Positions 43,643-53,856 of a DNA stretch of 64,000 nucleotides are shown here, one piece after another. The translations under genes were made by a program, and so were the position numbers. How positions within the stretch are numbered: the stretch's first letter is position 1; each line of letters opens with the position of its first letter. Source of the stretch: Escherichia coli O157:H7 (GTDB lineage: Bacteria > Pseudomonadota > Gammaproteobacteria > Enterobacterales > Enterobacteriaceae); assembly GCF_013167455.1 (NCBI RefSeq), contig NZ_CP038328.1. One strand, written 5' to 3'. The notes under the pieces are model-generated. The model saw nothing but the letters and a program-made list of their open reading frames with translations, was not told the origin of the DNA and did not search any database.

Positions 43643-43680
43643 GGCAGCAAAATTGGACGCAGAATTTGCTGCCATTTTTG
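43643..43680 (+). terminator. Intrinsic terminator after the 248-aa ORF
   Basis: Perfect 9-bp stem GGCAGCAAA/TTTGCTGCC with a 13-nt loop followed by ATTTTTG. Confidence 0.65.
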
Positions 43681-43795
43681 CTCTTCATGGTAAGGAGTTC
43701 TGGCGATTAGCTGGCCGTTAATCGCCTCTTTTCAGTGCATTCTCGGGATATCCGTGCCCCATCTCCCATTTTCCCTCACCCGTACCGTCACCGCC

Positions 43796-43872
43796 TTGTC
43801 ATCTTTCTGACACCTTACTATCTTACAAATGTAACAAAAAAGTTATTTTTCTGTAATTCGAGCATGTCATGT
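43796..43872 (+). promoter_or_regulatory. ugpB promoter pho-box array (PhoB binding sites)
   Basis: Tandem TGTCA-type repeats (TTGTCATCTTTCTGACACC ... CATGTCATG) ending about 60 bp before the ugpB ATG. Confidence 0.7.
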
Positions 43873-43931
43873 TACCCCGCGAGCATAAAACGCGTGAATT
43901 CGCGCATTCGGTACAACAAGAGAGATAAACG

Positions 43932-45248
43932 ATGAAACCGTTACATTATACAGCTTCAGCACTGGCGCTCGGACTGGCGTTAATGGGGAATGCACAGGCA
44001 GTGACGACCATTCCGTTCTGGCATTCTATGGAAGGGGAACTGGGTAAAGAGGTGGATTCTCTGGCCCAACGTTTTAACGCCGAAAACCCGGATTACAAAA
44101 TTGTACCGACCTATAAAGGCAATTACGAACAGAATTTAAGCGCGGGGATTGCCGCATTTCGTACCGGCAATGCTCCGGCTATTTTGCAGGTTTATGAAGT
44201 TGGCACCGCCACCATGATGGCGTCGAAAGCCATTAAACCGGTTTATGACGTGTTTAAAGAGGCGGGGATTCAATTCGATGAGTCGCAGTTTGTGCCGACG
44301 GTTTCCGGTTACTACTCCGACAGCAAAACGGGCCACTTACTCTCCCAGCCATTCAACAGCTCGACTCCCGTTCTCTATTACAACAAAGACGCCTTCAAGA
44401 AAGCGGGGTTAGACCCGGAACAACCGCCGAAAACCTGGCAGGATCTGGCGGACTATGCCGCAAAACTAAAAGCCTCCGGCATGAAGTGCGGCTACGCCAG
44501 CGGCTGGCAGGGCTGGATCCAACTGGAAAACTTTAGCGCCTGGAACGGTCTGCCGTTTGCCAGCAAAAACAACGGCTTTGACGGCACGGATGCGGTGCTG
44601 GAGTTCAACAAGCCGGAGCAGGTGAAACACATCGCCATGCTCGAAGAGATGAACAAGAAGGGCGATTTCAGCTACGTCGGGCGTAAGGATGAATCCACCG
44701 AGAAGTTCTATAACGGTGATTGCGCTATGACCACCGCCTCTTCCGGTTCTCTCGCTAATATTCGCGAGTACGCCAAATTCAACTATGGCGTAGGCATGAT
44801 GCCTTACGACGCCGATGCGAAAGATGCACCGCAAAACGCCATTATCGGCGGGGCCAGCCTGTGGGTGATGCAGGGCAAAGATAAAGAAACGTATACCGGC
44901 GTGGCGAAGTTCCTCGACTTCCTCGCGAAGCCAGAAAACGCTGCCGAGTGGCATCAGAAAACCGGTTATCTGCCAATCACCAAAGCAGCGTATGACCTGA
45001 CCCGTGAGCAGGGCTTTTATGAGAAAAACCCAGGGGCGGATACCGCGACGCGTCAGATGCTGAATAAGCCGCCGTTGCCGTTCACCAAAGGGCTGCGTCT
45101 GGGCAACATGCCGCAGATCCGCGTGATTGTGGATGAAGAGCTGGAGAGCGTGTGGACCGGTAAGAAGACACCACAGCAGGCACTGGATACCGCCGTTGAG
45201 CGTGGAAATCAGTTGCTGCGCCGCTTTGAGAAATCGACGAAGTCTTAA
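43932..45248 (+). CDS. ugpB: sn-glycerol-3-phosphate periplasmic binding protein UgpB
   Basis: 438 aa with signal peptide. Confidence 0.95.
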   Translation: MKPLHYTASALALGLALMGNAQAVTTIPFWHSMEGELGKEVDSLAQRFNAENPDYKIVPTYKGNYEQNLSAGIAAFRTGNAPAILQVYEVGTATMMASKAIKPVYDVFKEAGIQFDESQFVPTVSGYYSDSKTGHLLSQPFNSSTPVLYYNKDAFKKAGLDPEQPPKTWQDLADYAAKLKASGMKCGYASGWQGWIQLENFSAWNGLPFASKNNGFDGTDAVLEFNKPEQVKHIAMLEEMNKKGDFSYVGRKDESTEKFYNGDCAMTTASSGSLANIREYAKFNYGVGMMPYDADAKDAPQNAIIGGASLWVMQGKDKETYTGVAKFLDFLAKPENAAEWHQKTGYLPITKAAYDLTREQGFYEKNPGADTATRQMLNKPPLPFTKGLRLGNMPQIRVIVDEELESVWTGKKTPQQALDTAVERGNQLLRRFEKSTKS

Positions 45249-45258
45249 TCAGTGTAAT

Positions 45259-45326
45259 GTCGGATGCGTTTCGCTTATCTGACCTGGCATCGCGTGTAGG
45301 CCGGATAAGCGAAGCGCATCCGGCAC
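45259..45326. repeat. REP/BIME element (two inverted REP copies) between ugpB and ugpA
   Basis: GTCGGATGCGTTTCGCTTATCTGACC and GTAGGCCGGATAAGCGAAGCGCATCCGGCAC match the REP consensus in opposite orientations. Confidence 0.85.
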
Positions 45327-45345
45327 AGTTCAGGAATTAACCGTA

Positions 45346-46233
45346 ATGTCATCATCCCGTCCGGTGTTCCGCTCGCGCTGGCTGCCTTATCTGCTGGTCG
45401 CGCCGCAGCTCATCATCACCGTTATCTTTTTTATCTGGCCTGCGGGCGAAGCGTTGTGGTACTCGCTGCAAAGCGTCGATCCGTTTGGTTTCTCCAGCCG
45501 GTTTGTCGGCCTGGATAACTTCGTCGCGCTGTTTCATGACAGCTACTATATCGACTCCTTCTGGACGACGATAAAATTCAGCACCTTTGTCACCGTCAGC
45601 GGTTTGCTGGTATCGCTGTTCTTTGCGGCGCTGGTGGAGTACATCGTGCGCGGCAGTCGTTTCTATCAAACCTTGATGCTGCTGCCGTATGCCGTGGCTC
45701 CCGCCGTTGCCGCCGTATTGTGGATCTTCCTGTTTAACCCCGGTCGCGGGCTGATCACCCATTTTCTCGCTGAGTTCGGCTACGACTGGAACCACGCGCA
45801 AAACAGCGGTCAGGCAATGTTTCTGGTGGTGTTTGCCTCAGTATGGAAGCAAATCAGCTACAACTTCCTGTTCTTCTATGCCGCGCTGCAATCCATTCCC
45901 CGTTCGTTGATCGAAGCCGCAGCCATCGACGGTGCAGGGCCGATTCGCCGCTTCTTTAAGATTGCGCTGCCGCTTATCGCCCCGGTGAGTTTCTTCCTGC
46001 TGGTAGTGAACCTGGTGTATGCCTTCTTCGACACCTTCCCGGTGATCGACGCCGCCACGTCCGGCGGGCCGGTTCAGGCCACCACTACGCTGATTTATAA
46101 GATCTACCGCGAAGGCTTTACCGGACTGGATCTGGCTTCGTCTGCCGCACAGTCGGTGGTGTTGATGTTCCTCGTCATCGTGCTGACGGTGATGCAGTTC
46201 CGCTATGTTGAAAGCAAGGTGCGTTACCAATGA
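45346..46233 (+). CDS. ugpA: sn-glycerol-3-phosphate ABC permease UgpA
   Basis: 295-aa MalF-type permease. Confidence 0.95.
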
Positions 46234-47075
46234 TTGAGAACCGTCCGTGGCTGACGATATTCAGCCATACCATGCTGATCCTCGGGATCGCGGTGATCCT
46301 ATTCCCGCTGTACGTGGCGTTTGTCGCGGCGACGCTGGATAAACAGGCCGTCTACGCCGCGCCGATGACGCTCATCCCCGGCACGCATCTGCTGGAAAAC
46401 ATCCACAACATCTGGGTAAACGGGGTAGGCACAAATAGTGCGCCGTTCTGGCGGATGTTGCTTAACAGCTTCGTGATGGCGTTCAGCATTACGCTCGGCA
46501 AAATTACCGTCTCGATGCTCTCGGCATTCGCCATTGTCTGGTTTCGTTTTCCGCTGCGTAACCTCTTTTTCTGGATGATTTTTATCACCCTGATGTTGCC
46601 GGTTGAAGTACGTATCTTCCCGACGGTGGAAGTCATCGCCAACCTGAAGATGCTCGACAGCTACGCAGGTTTAACGCTGCCGCTGATGGCCTCGGCGACC
46701 GCGACGTTTCTTTTCCGCCAGTTCTTTATGACCCTACCGGATGAACTGGTGGAAGCCGCGCGGATCGACGGCGCGTCGCCAATGCGCTTCTTTTGCGACA
46801 TCGTTTTTCCGTTGTCCAAAACTAATCTGGCGGCGTTGTTTGTGATCACCTTTATTTACGGCTGGAACCAGTATTTGTGGCCGTTGTTGATTATTACCGA
46901 CGTGGATCTCGGCACCACCGTGGCAGGGATCAAAGGGATGATCGCCACTGGCGAAGGCACCACAGAATGGAACTCAGTGATGGCGGCGATGTTGTTAACC
47001 CTGATCCCACCAGTAGTGATTGTTTTAGTGATGCAGCGTGCCTTCGTGCGCGGCCTGGTCGATAGTGAGAAATAA
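46230..47075 (+). CDS. ugpE: sn-glycerol-3-phosphate ABC permease UgpE
   Basis: 281-aa MalG-type permease; 4-bp overlap with ugpA. Confidence 0.95.
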
Positions 47076-47076
47076 G

Positions 47077-48147
47077 ATGGCAGGACTGAAATTACAGGCA
47101 GTAACCAAAAGCTGGGATGGCAAAACCCAGGTGATTAAACCGCTGACCCTTGATGTGGCGGATGGCGAATTTATCGTGATGGTCGGGCCGTCAGGCTGCG
47201 GGAAATCGACGCTGCTGCGCATGGTTGCCGGGCTGGAGCGGGTGACGGAAGGCGATATCTGTATCAACGACCAGCGGGTGACCGAAATGGAGCCGAAAGA
47301 TCGCGGGATTGCGATGGTGTTCCAGAACTACGCGCTTTATCCGCATATGAGTGTTGAAGAAAACATGGCGTGGGGGCTGAAAATTCGCGGCATGGGCAAG
47401 CAGCAAATTGCCGAGCGCGTTAAAGAGGCGGCGCGCATTCTGGAACTGGACGGTCTGCTTAAGCGCCGCCCGCGCGAGCTTTCCGGCGGTCAGCGTCAGC
47501 GTGTGGCGATGGGCCGGGCGATTGTGCGCGATCCGGCGGTGTTCCTGTTTGATGAGCCACTCTCTAACCTCGATGCCAAGCTGCGCGTACAGATGCGTCT
47601 TGAACTGCAACAGCTGCACCGTCGCCTGAAAACGACTTCACTCTACGTTACTCACGATCAGGTTGAGGCGATGACCCTCGCCCAGCGAGTAATGGTGATG
47701 AACGGCGGCGTTGCCGAACAGATTGGCACACCAGTTGAAGTCTACGAAAAGCCCGCCAGCCTGTTTGTGGCGAGTTTTATTGGCAGCCCGGCGATGAATC
47801 TGCTGACAGGCCGCGTGAATAACGAAGGCACGCACTTCGAGCTGGACGGCGGCATTGCGCTGCCGCTAAACGGTGGCTACCGTCAGTATGCAGGGCGTAA
47901 AATGACTCTCGGCATTCGCCCGGAACATATCGCGCTAAGCTCGCAGGCAGAAGGCGGCGTGCCGCTGGTGATGGACACGCTGGAGATCCTCGGCGCAGAT
48001 AACCTGGCGCACGGACGCTGGGGCGAACAGAAGCTGGTGGTACGGCTGGCGCATCAGGAGCGCCCGACGGCAGGCAGCACGCTGTGGCTGCATCTGCCGG
48101 AAAATCAGCTACATCTTTTTGATGGTGAAACAGGACAACGAGTATGA
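47077..48147 (+). CDS. ugpC: sn-glycerol-3-phosphate ABC ATPase UgpC
   Basis: Start at [13 protein letters not shown], the ATG directly after the ugpE stop, gives 356 aa; Walker [10 protein letters not shown]. Confidence 0.93.
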   Translation: MAGLKLQAVTKSWDGKTQVIKPLTLDVADGEFIVMVGPSGCGKSTLLRMVAGLERVTEGDICINDQRVTEMEPKDRGIAMVFQNYALYPHMSVEENMAWGLKIRGMGKQQIAERVKEAARILELDGLLKRRPRELSGGQRQRVAMGRAIVRDPAVFLFDEPLSNLDAKLRVQMRLELQQLHRRLKTTSLYVTHDQVEAMTLAQRVMVMNGGVAEQIGTPVEVYEKPASLFVASFIGSPAMNLLTGRVNNEGTHFELDGGIALPLNGGYRQYAGRKMTLGIRPEHIALSSQAEGGVPLVMDTLEILGADNLAHGRWGEQKLVVRLAHQERPTAGSTLWLHLPENQLHLFDGETGQRV

Positions 48148-48887
48148 GTAACTGGCCTTATCCCCGCATCGTCGCCCACCGTGGCGGCGGTAAACTGGCC
48201 CCGGAAAACACCCTGGCGGCAATCGACGTCGGGGCAAAATACGGTCATAAGATGATCGAATTTGACGCGAAGTTGTCGAAAGATGGCGAAATCTTCCTGC
48301 TCCATGACGACAATCTCGAACGTACCAGCAACGGCTGGGGCGTCGCGGGTGAACTGAACTGGCAGGATTTACTACGTGTGGATGCAGGCAGTTGGTACGG
48401 CAAAGCGTTTAAAGGTGAGCCGCTGCCGTTGCTTTCGCAGGTGGCGGAACGCTGTCGCGAACATGGGATGATGGCGAATATCGAAATCAAACCCACCACT
48501 GGCACTGGGCCATTAACGGGCAAAATGGTGGCGCTGGCGGCACGCGAGCTGTGGGCCGGTATGACGCCGCCGCTACTGTCATCGTTTGAGATTGATGCTT
48601 TAGAAGCCGCACAACAGGCAGTACCAGAACTGCCGCGCGGTTTGTTGCTGGATGAGTGGCGCGACGACTGGCGAGAACTGACCGCGCGGCTGGGCTGCGT
48701 CTCTATTCATCTCAATCATAAGTTGCTCGATAAAGCGCGAGTGATGCAGTTGAAAGACGCCGGATTACGGATTCTGGTTTATACCGTCAATAAACCCCAG
48801 CGCGCGGCAGAGTTGCTGCGCTGGGGCGTGGATTGCATCTGTACCGATGCGATTGATGTGATTGGTCCGAACTTTACGGCCCAATAG
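48144..48887 (+). CDS. ugpQ: Glycerophosphodiester phosphodiesterase UgpQ
   Basis: 247 aa; GDPD-family N-terminal motif VAHRGGG. Confidence 0.93.
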   Translation: MSNWPYPRIVAHRGGGKLAPENTLAAIDVGAKYGHKMIEFDAKLSKDGEIFLLHDDNLERTSNGWGVAGELNWQDLLRVDAGSWYGKAFKGEPLPLLSQVAERCREHGMMANIEIKPTTGTGPLTGKMVALAARELWAGMTPPLLSSFEIDALEAAQQAVPELPRGLLLDEWRDDWRELTARLGCVSIHLNHKLLDKARVMQLKDAGLRILVYTVNKPQRAAELLRWGVDCICTDAIDVIGPNFTAQ

Positions 48888-49314
48888 TTTTCAACGGTAT
48901 ATCAGGCTGCGGCGTGCCGGGCTGATTCAGCATGTCGCCGTTTCTCCTCTCCGGCAACATATGCTGCTGATTCAACGAACTATCCGGATTACGGTTGCTG
49001 TTTAACATCCCGCCATTGGTGTTGGGCAGCATTTGCTGCCGGGCGGGATTTCGCTCCCCCGGCTGTGACTGCAACACCCGCTGAGAATTATTGTTTATCT
49101 GGTTTTCTAAATGCTGTTGTTGCAACTGAGTTTGCGTTTTCAGTTGCTGATTCAGCATCCCTTTTTGCTGGATTTGCTGCGTTTGCATCTGGGTTTGCAT
49201 CCGCTGCTGACTGGGGATCTGATACCCCGGCTGGTTAGGGTTGTTCAGAGTATTAATGGGCTGTGCAAAGCCGACAAACGGCAGGAGTGCCGTAAGAATC
49301 AGAAGTCGTTTCAT
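48874..49314 (-). CDS. yhhA: Secreted Gln-rich protein YhhA (DUF2756)
   Basis: 146 aa with signal peptide and a Q-rich low-complexity body; its 3' end overlaps ugpQ by 14 bp (convergent). Confidence 0.8.
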   Translation of the reverse strand: MKRLLILTALLPFVGFAQPINTLNNPNQPGYQIPSQQRMQTQMQTQQIQQKGMLNQQLKTQTQLQQQHLENQINNNSQRVLQSQPGERNPARQQMLPNTNGGMLNSNRNPDSSLNQQHMLPERRNGDMLNQPGTPQPDIPLKTIGP

Positions 49315-49433
49315 CGCGTATCCTCCTCTGAAGATATTCTTTAAGTTTACTCCTTTCCTGCAATCATCAGGATTAATTCAGAGTTATATACCAGGCTTAG
49401 CTGGGGTTGCCCCTTAATCTCTGGAGAATAACG

Positions 49434-51179
49434 ATGATAAAACCGACGTTTTTACGCCGGGTGGCCATTGCTGCTCTGTTCACAGGAAGTTGTTTTAGTA
49501 CGGTAGCCGCGCCACCTGCGCCGTCTCCTGTTTCTTACGGCGTGGAGGAAGATGTCTTTCATCCGGTACGCGCGAAACAGGGGATGGTGGCATCTGTAGA
49601 TGCTACTGCCACTCAGGTGGGGGTGGATATCCTCAAGGAGGGCGGGAATGCCGTTGATGCCGCCGTGGCTGTGGGCTACGCGCTGGCGGTAACGCATCCG
49701 CAGGCAGGGAATCTGGGCGGTGGTGGTTTTATGCTGATCCGCTCGAAAAATGGCAATACCACCGCTATCGATTTCCGCGAAATGGCACCCGCCAAAGCGA
49801 CCCGCGATATGTTCCTTGATGACCAGGGCAACCCGGACAGCAAAAAATCACTCACTTCGCATCTGGCTTCCGGCACGCCCGGTACGGTCGCTGGTTTCTC
49901 GCTGGCGTTGGATAAATACGGCACAATGCCGTTGAACAAAGTGGTGCAGCCAGCGTTTAAACTGGCACGCGATGGTTTTATCGTTAACGACGAGCTGGCT
50001 GACGATCTCAAAACCTACGGGAGCGAAGTGCTGCCGAATCACGAAAACAGCAAGGCTATCTTCTGGAAAGAGGGCGAGCCGCTGAAAAAGGGCGACAAGC
50101 TGGTGCAGGCGAACCTGGCAAAGAGCCTGGAGATGATTGCCGAAAACGGCCCGGACGAATTCTACAAAGGCACGATAGCGGAACAGATTGCCCAGGAGAT
50201 GCAGAAAAACGGTGGCCTGATCACTAAAGAAGATTTAGCGGCGTATAAAGCGGTCGAACGCACACCGATAAGCGGCGATTATCGCGGGTATCAGGTTTAC
50301 TCCATGCCACCGCCATCCTCCGGCGGGATCCATATCGTACAAATCCTCAATATTCTGGAAAACTTCGATATGAAGAAATACGGTTTTGGCAGCGCCGACG
50401 CGATGCAGATCATGGCAGAAGCGGAGAAATATGCCTACGCTGACCGCTCGGAATATCTTGGCGACCCGGATTTTGTGAAAGTCCCGTGGCAGGCGCTGAC
50501 CAATAAAGCCTATGCCAAATCTATTGCCGAGCAAATCGATATCAATAAAGCGAAACCGTCCAGCGAGATTCGCCCCGGCAAGCTTGCGCCTTATGAGAGT
50601 AATCAAACTACCCATTATTCGGTGGTGGATAAAGACGGTAACGCGGTGGCGGTGACCTATACGCTGAACACCACCTTCGGTACGGGTATTGTCGCGGGCG
50701 AGAGCGGTATTTTGCTCAATAACCAAATGGATGATTTCTCTGCCAAACCGGGCGTACCGAACGTTTACGGGCTGGTGGGCGGTGATGCCAACGCCGTCGG
50801 GCCGAACAAACGCCCGCTGTCATCGATGTCACCAACCATTGTGGTGAAAGACGGTAAAACCTGGCTGGTCACCGGTAGCCCTGGCGGGAGCCTGATCATC
50901 ACTACAGTGCTTCAAATGGTGGTGAATAGCATCGATTATGGCATGAACGTCGCCGAAGCGACCAATGCGCCGCGTTTCCACCATCAGTGGTTGCCGGACG
51001 AGCTGCGTGTCGAAAAAGGGTTTAGCCCGGATACGCTCAAGCTGCTGGAAGCAAAAGGTCAGAAAGTGGCGCTGAAAGAGGCGATGGGCAGTACACAAAG
51101 CATTATGGTTGGGCCGGACGGTGAGTTGTACGGCGCATCCGACCCGCGCTCGGTGGATGATTTAACGGCGGGGTACTAA
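49434..51179 (+). CDS. ggt: Gamma-glutamyltranspeptidase Ggt
   Basis: Start at MIKPTFLRRVAIAALF gives 580 aa with signal peptide. Confidence 0.93.
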   Translation: MIKPTFLRRVAIAALFTGSCFSTVAAPPAPSPVSYGVEEDVFHPVRAKQGMVASVDATATQVGVDILKEGGNAVDAAVAVGYALAVTHPQAGNLGGGGFMLIRSKNGNTTAIDFREMAPAKATRDMFLDDQGNPDSKKSLTSHLASGTPGTVAGFSLALDKYGTMPLNKVVQPAFKLARDGFIVNDELADDLKTYGSEVLPNHENSKAIFWKEGEPLKKGDKLVQANLAKSLEMIAENGPDEFYKGTIAEQIAQEMQKNGGLITKEDLAAYKAVERTPISGDYRGYQVYSMPPPSSGGIHIVQILNILENFDMKKYGFGSADAMQIMAEAEKYAYADRSEYLGDPDFVKVPWQALTNKAYAKSIAEQIDINKAKPSSEIRPGKLAPYESNQTTHYSVVDKDGNAVAVTYTLNTTFGTGIVAGESGILLNNQMDDFSAKPGVPNVYGLVGGDANAVGPNKRPLSSMSPTIVVKDGKTWLVTGSPGGSLIITTVLQMVVNSIDYGMNVAEATNAPRFHHQWLPDELRVEKGFSPDTLKLLEAKGQKVALKEAMGSTQSIMVGPDGELYGASDPRSVDDLTAGY

Positions 51180-51187
51180 GGTTAGCG

Positions 51188-51218
51188 GCCCTCTTCGTGG
51201 GAAGAGGGCTGTTTTCTT
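51188..51218 (+). terminator. ggt intrinsic terminator
   Basis: Perfect 9-bp stem GCCCTCTTC/GAAGAGGGC with a GTGG loop, followed by TGTTTTCTT. Confidence 0.8.
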
Positions 51219-51547
51219 GAACAAGATAAATTAGTGTCTGGATTGCTTTTACTATTGCTCCGTAATATATAATCATAATTATCCTGAATGCTTTTAAGGG
51301 GCTTAGGTTATGCTTTCTTTTCAAGAGTATGCAGAATAGTCTTTCATTTACCGTGAAAATAGGACGTGCGATAATTACTTCCTGATATTCAGGAAAGGAA
51401 TTAACTATGCTATTAAATAAACTGTAGTTATAGTTCATTTTAGAGTGTAATTTATTGATTTAAATATCACGCTTTGTGTTGTTTATGTGCATAATGGCAT
51501 TCATCATGACTTTGATCGATTTTGTAAAGTGTTTTTAAGGGGGAATA

Positions 51548-51964
51548 ATGAAAGCAAAATACGTGATTCTCTCTGTACTTAATAAACAAGAACTCTTCTA
51601 TTTAAAATCAAGATACAAAGAAATGAAGAAACTTGCTAATAAGCATGAAGTCTCTCTCGTAGAACAAAATTTCATTGATGCTATTATTTCAATGGTGGGT
51701 TATTGCTCTTTGGGGTTTGGGTTGGTAAGTATAGTTAATGGGATATTGCTTGTATTCTCATTTTTTCAGGATAATATGTTGAAAAGTTTTTTTCTGTCTT
51801 CAATCGTTAGTATTGCCATGTTCGCTATTCTTATCATACACAGAAAACTGGATACTAAATTCTCTTACCAATTATGCCTCAAAATGTTTTATCTTAAAAT
51901 TAAGTTATTCTGTTATTGTATTCCTGCACCAGTTGTAGTTCCTGATATATTCATTAATAATTGA
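51548..51964 (+). CDS. Hypothetical small membrane protein in the low-GC islet
   Basis: 138-aa ORF with an AGGGGG ribosome-binding site 5 nt upstream; two predicted TM helices; very AT-rich codon usage. Confidence 0.4.
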   Translation: MKAKYVILSVLNKQELFYLKSRYKEMKKLANKHEVSLVEQNFIDAIISMVGYCSLGFGLVSIVNGILLVFSFFQDNMLKSFFLSSIVSIAMFAILIIHRKLDTKFSYQLCLKMFYLKIKLFCYCIPAPVVVPDIFINN

Positions 51965-52824
51965 TGTGGCATATGATTATTGAGGCCATGTTTTATCCTC
52001 AAATTTGTATTTTCATCATAAAATGTAACCTTGAATTTTTTTACAGTAGAACTAATTTGTATGATTTTTAAAGGGGTAGGTTTTAATGAGAATTTATTTT
52101 TAAAATCAACTGATGTGTAATGAAATAATCGTCCTGTACCAGGTCTATTTCCTAATGAAGGACGAATCAATCTATTATACTTAGGTACGATTTTCATGCC
52201 TGAATATCCACCATATGCAGTAATCGAAAAGTCCACGATGCTGTATGCATAATCAGCAGAATTAATATCACCTCCCATTTTTTTTGCTATTACTCTGTAG
52301 AGTTCACGTATTGGACCTGAATCATACTCGTTAAAAAATAAAGGTGATAAGCTTTCATAAAAATTATTCGCCCCATGAGCAACTAATGTGACGCCTATAC
52401 CTTTTATTCGGTTTGAATGCACTACCTTACCAAATTTCAACGCGCCAACCCCGCCTACGACCTGTCCTACAGATGCAACAATATCGAAACTTAAGTTCAC
52501 ATATTTTATCAAACCATGTTCTTCGAAAATATCAGTAGTGATATATTTATCATAATTTCCTTGTCTGAAAAGTTGATATTCTTTTCTTGCTGTTTCTGAC
52601 TCCATTTTTAATTCATTGATAAGTCGTGCTTTTTCATTGATGTCATATGAAGAATTGAATCTGTGAGTAATATCATTAATAGTATTTTCTATTTCTTGCA
52701 GATACTCGAATCTAACTAATGGGGACTCAATAAAAAATGTTGAAGCAAGTGTTGCGGTTTTGCGTAAAGAAAGGGCATATTTGTTAAGATCATATCGTAA
52801 ATGACTTATAGCTGCTGTACCCAT
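51913..52824 (-). CDS. Hypothetical protein in the low-GC islet (occupies the position of the K-12 yhhZ/yrhA variable segment)
   Basis: 303-aa ORF; AT-rich; Gly-rich segments (VVGGVGALKFGKV, TAYGGYSGMK); no recognisable family from the sequence alone. Confidence 0.5.
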   Translation of the reverse strand: MGTAAISHLRYDLNKYALSLRKTATLASTFFIESPLVRFEYLQEIENTINDITHRFNSSYDINEKARLINELKMESETARKEYQLFRQGNYDKYITTDIFEEHGLIKYVNLSFDIVASVGQVVGGVGALKFGKVVHSNRIKGIGVTLVAHGANNFYESLSPLFFNEYDSGPIRELYRVIAKKMGGDINSADYAYSIVDFSITAYGGYSGMKIVPKYNRLIRPSLGNRPGTGRLFHYTSVDFKNKFSLKPTPLKIIQISSTVKKFKVTFYDENTNLRIKHGLNNHMPHQLLMNISGTTTGAGIQ

Positions 52825-53034
52825 TAAGTAGACTCTCTATCCATAAACAAACAGTAATAACTATTGCTTGCGAAAATATGTTCTCTTTAATAAGAAATAT
52901 TAACGAGTAATGATTCAAAGGTCTCTTGATGTTACAAATTGTTTCAAAATGATGGTGGTAATATAAGGAAAAACTCAAATTAGATGAACAAAACTAATTA
53001 TTCACATTGGTAACAGGCAATTTGAGAATATTCT

Positions 53035-53523
53035 TTACTTCACCCGCGCCATAAAATACGCATCAACATATTCACCATTACGTAATGCGTACTTCTTGCC
53101 AGTCCCTTCAATCTCAAAGCCGAATTTTTTATAGACCTTAATTGCTGGCGCGTTATCGACGAACACCGTTAGCTCAATACGATCTACCCGCAACCAGTTG
53201 TCGCACATTTCAATCATCTCTCGCATCAGGGCGCTGGCGACGCCGCGATTCTTCCAGCGGGCGTCGACACAGATACCAAAATCGGCAACATGACTGCGGC
53301 GTGGGCGCTGTTGCACGTCAATGGTGAGATGGCCCACGACGTCTCCATCAATACAGGCGACGAGTTGCTTGATGCCGGGACGATCGGCGAGTCGCTCCTG
53401 CCACATATGATCGGAAGGATGAGGCACCTGTAGTGTGTTGTAATACACCTCCGGCTGGGCGTGAATCTGCCTGATGGCCTCGTAATCCCGTGTTTCAGCA
53501 TGGCGTATCACTATCTCACTCAT
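53035..53523 (-). CDS. yhhY: GNAT N-acetyltransferase YhhY
   Basis: Start at MSEIVIRHAETRDYEAIRQ gives 162 aa. Confidence 0.88.
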   Translation of the reverse strand: MSEIVIRHAETRDYEAIRQIHAQPEVYYNTLQVPHPSDHMWQERLADRPGIKQLVACIDGDVVGHLTIDVQQRPRRSHVADFGICVDARWKNRGVASALMREMIEMCDNWLRVDRIELTVFVDNAPAIKVYKKFGFEIEGTGKKYALRNGEYVDAYFMARVK

Positions 53524-53607
53524 TCCTTTGTCCTCTTTGGGGTAAATGTCCCTTTCAACATCATTGACTTTCGAATGCGAGTCAAATGCATTTTTTTGCA
53601 AAAAGTG

Positions 53608-53640
53608 TTGGACAAGTGCGAATGAGAATGATTATTATTG
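53608..53640 (+). promoter_or_regulatory. ryhB promoter with Fur box
   Basis: TTGGAC -35-like hexamer, then AATGAGAATGATTATTATT (Fur-box-like) overlapping the -10 region, directly upstream of the RyhB 5' end. Confidence 0.7.
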
Positions 53641-53644
53641 TCTC

Positions 53645-53734
53645 GCGATCAGGAAGACCCTCGCGGAGAACCTGAAAGCACGACATTGCTCACATTGCTT
53701 CCAGTATTACTTAGCCAGCCGGGTGCTGGCTTTT
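53645..53734 (+). ncRNA. ryhB: RyhB small RNA (Fur-repressed, Hfq-dependent iron-sparing sRNA)
   Basis: 90-nt sequence GCGATCAGGAAGACCCTCGCGGAGAACCTGAAAGCACGACATTGCTCACATTGCTTCCAGTATTACTTAGCCAGCCGGGTGCTGGCTTTT matches RyhB, including the terminal hairpin AGCCAGC/GCTGGCT plus U-run; lies between yhhY and yhhX. Confidence 0.9.
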
Positions 53735-53856
53735 TTTTTGATCTTTCGTTCTCAATTTATCCTCGGGAAGTGCTTGTGTTCGTTATGCGCACTCCAGTAG
53801 GAACCACGTCCGCTTTGCGCTAAGGTGTAAATAACCACCTTAAAAAGGACGAAATC

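Noticed and set aside
53546-53823. Small plus-strand ORFs (84 aa and 61 aa) between yhhY and yhhX
   Set aside because: They overlap the RyhB sRNA and its promoter and terminator; the locus is better explained as a non-coding RNA gene.
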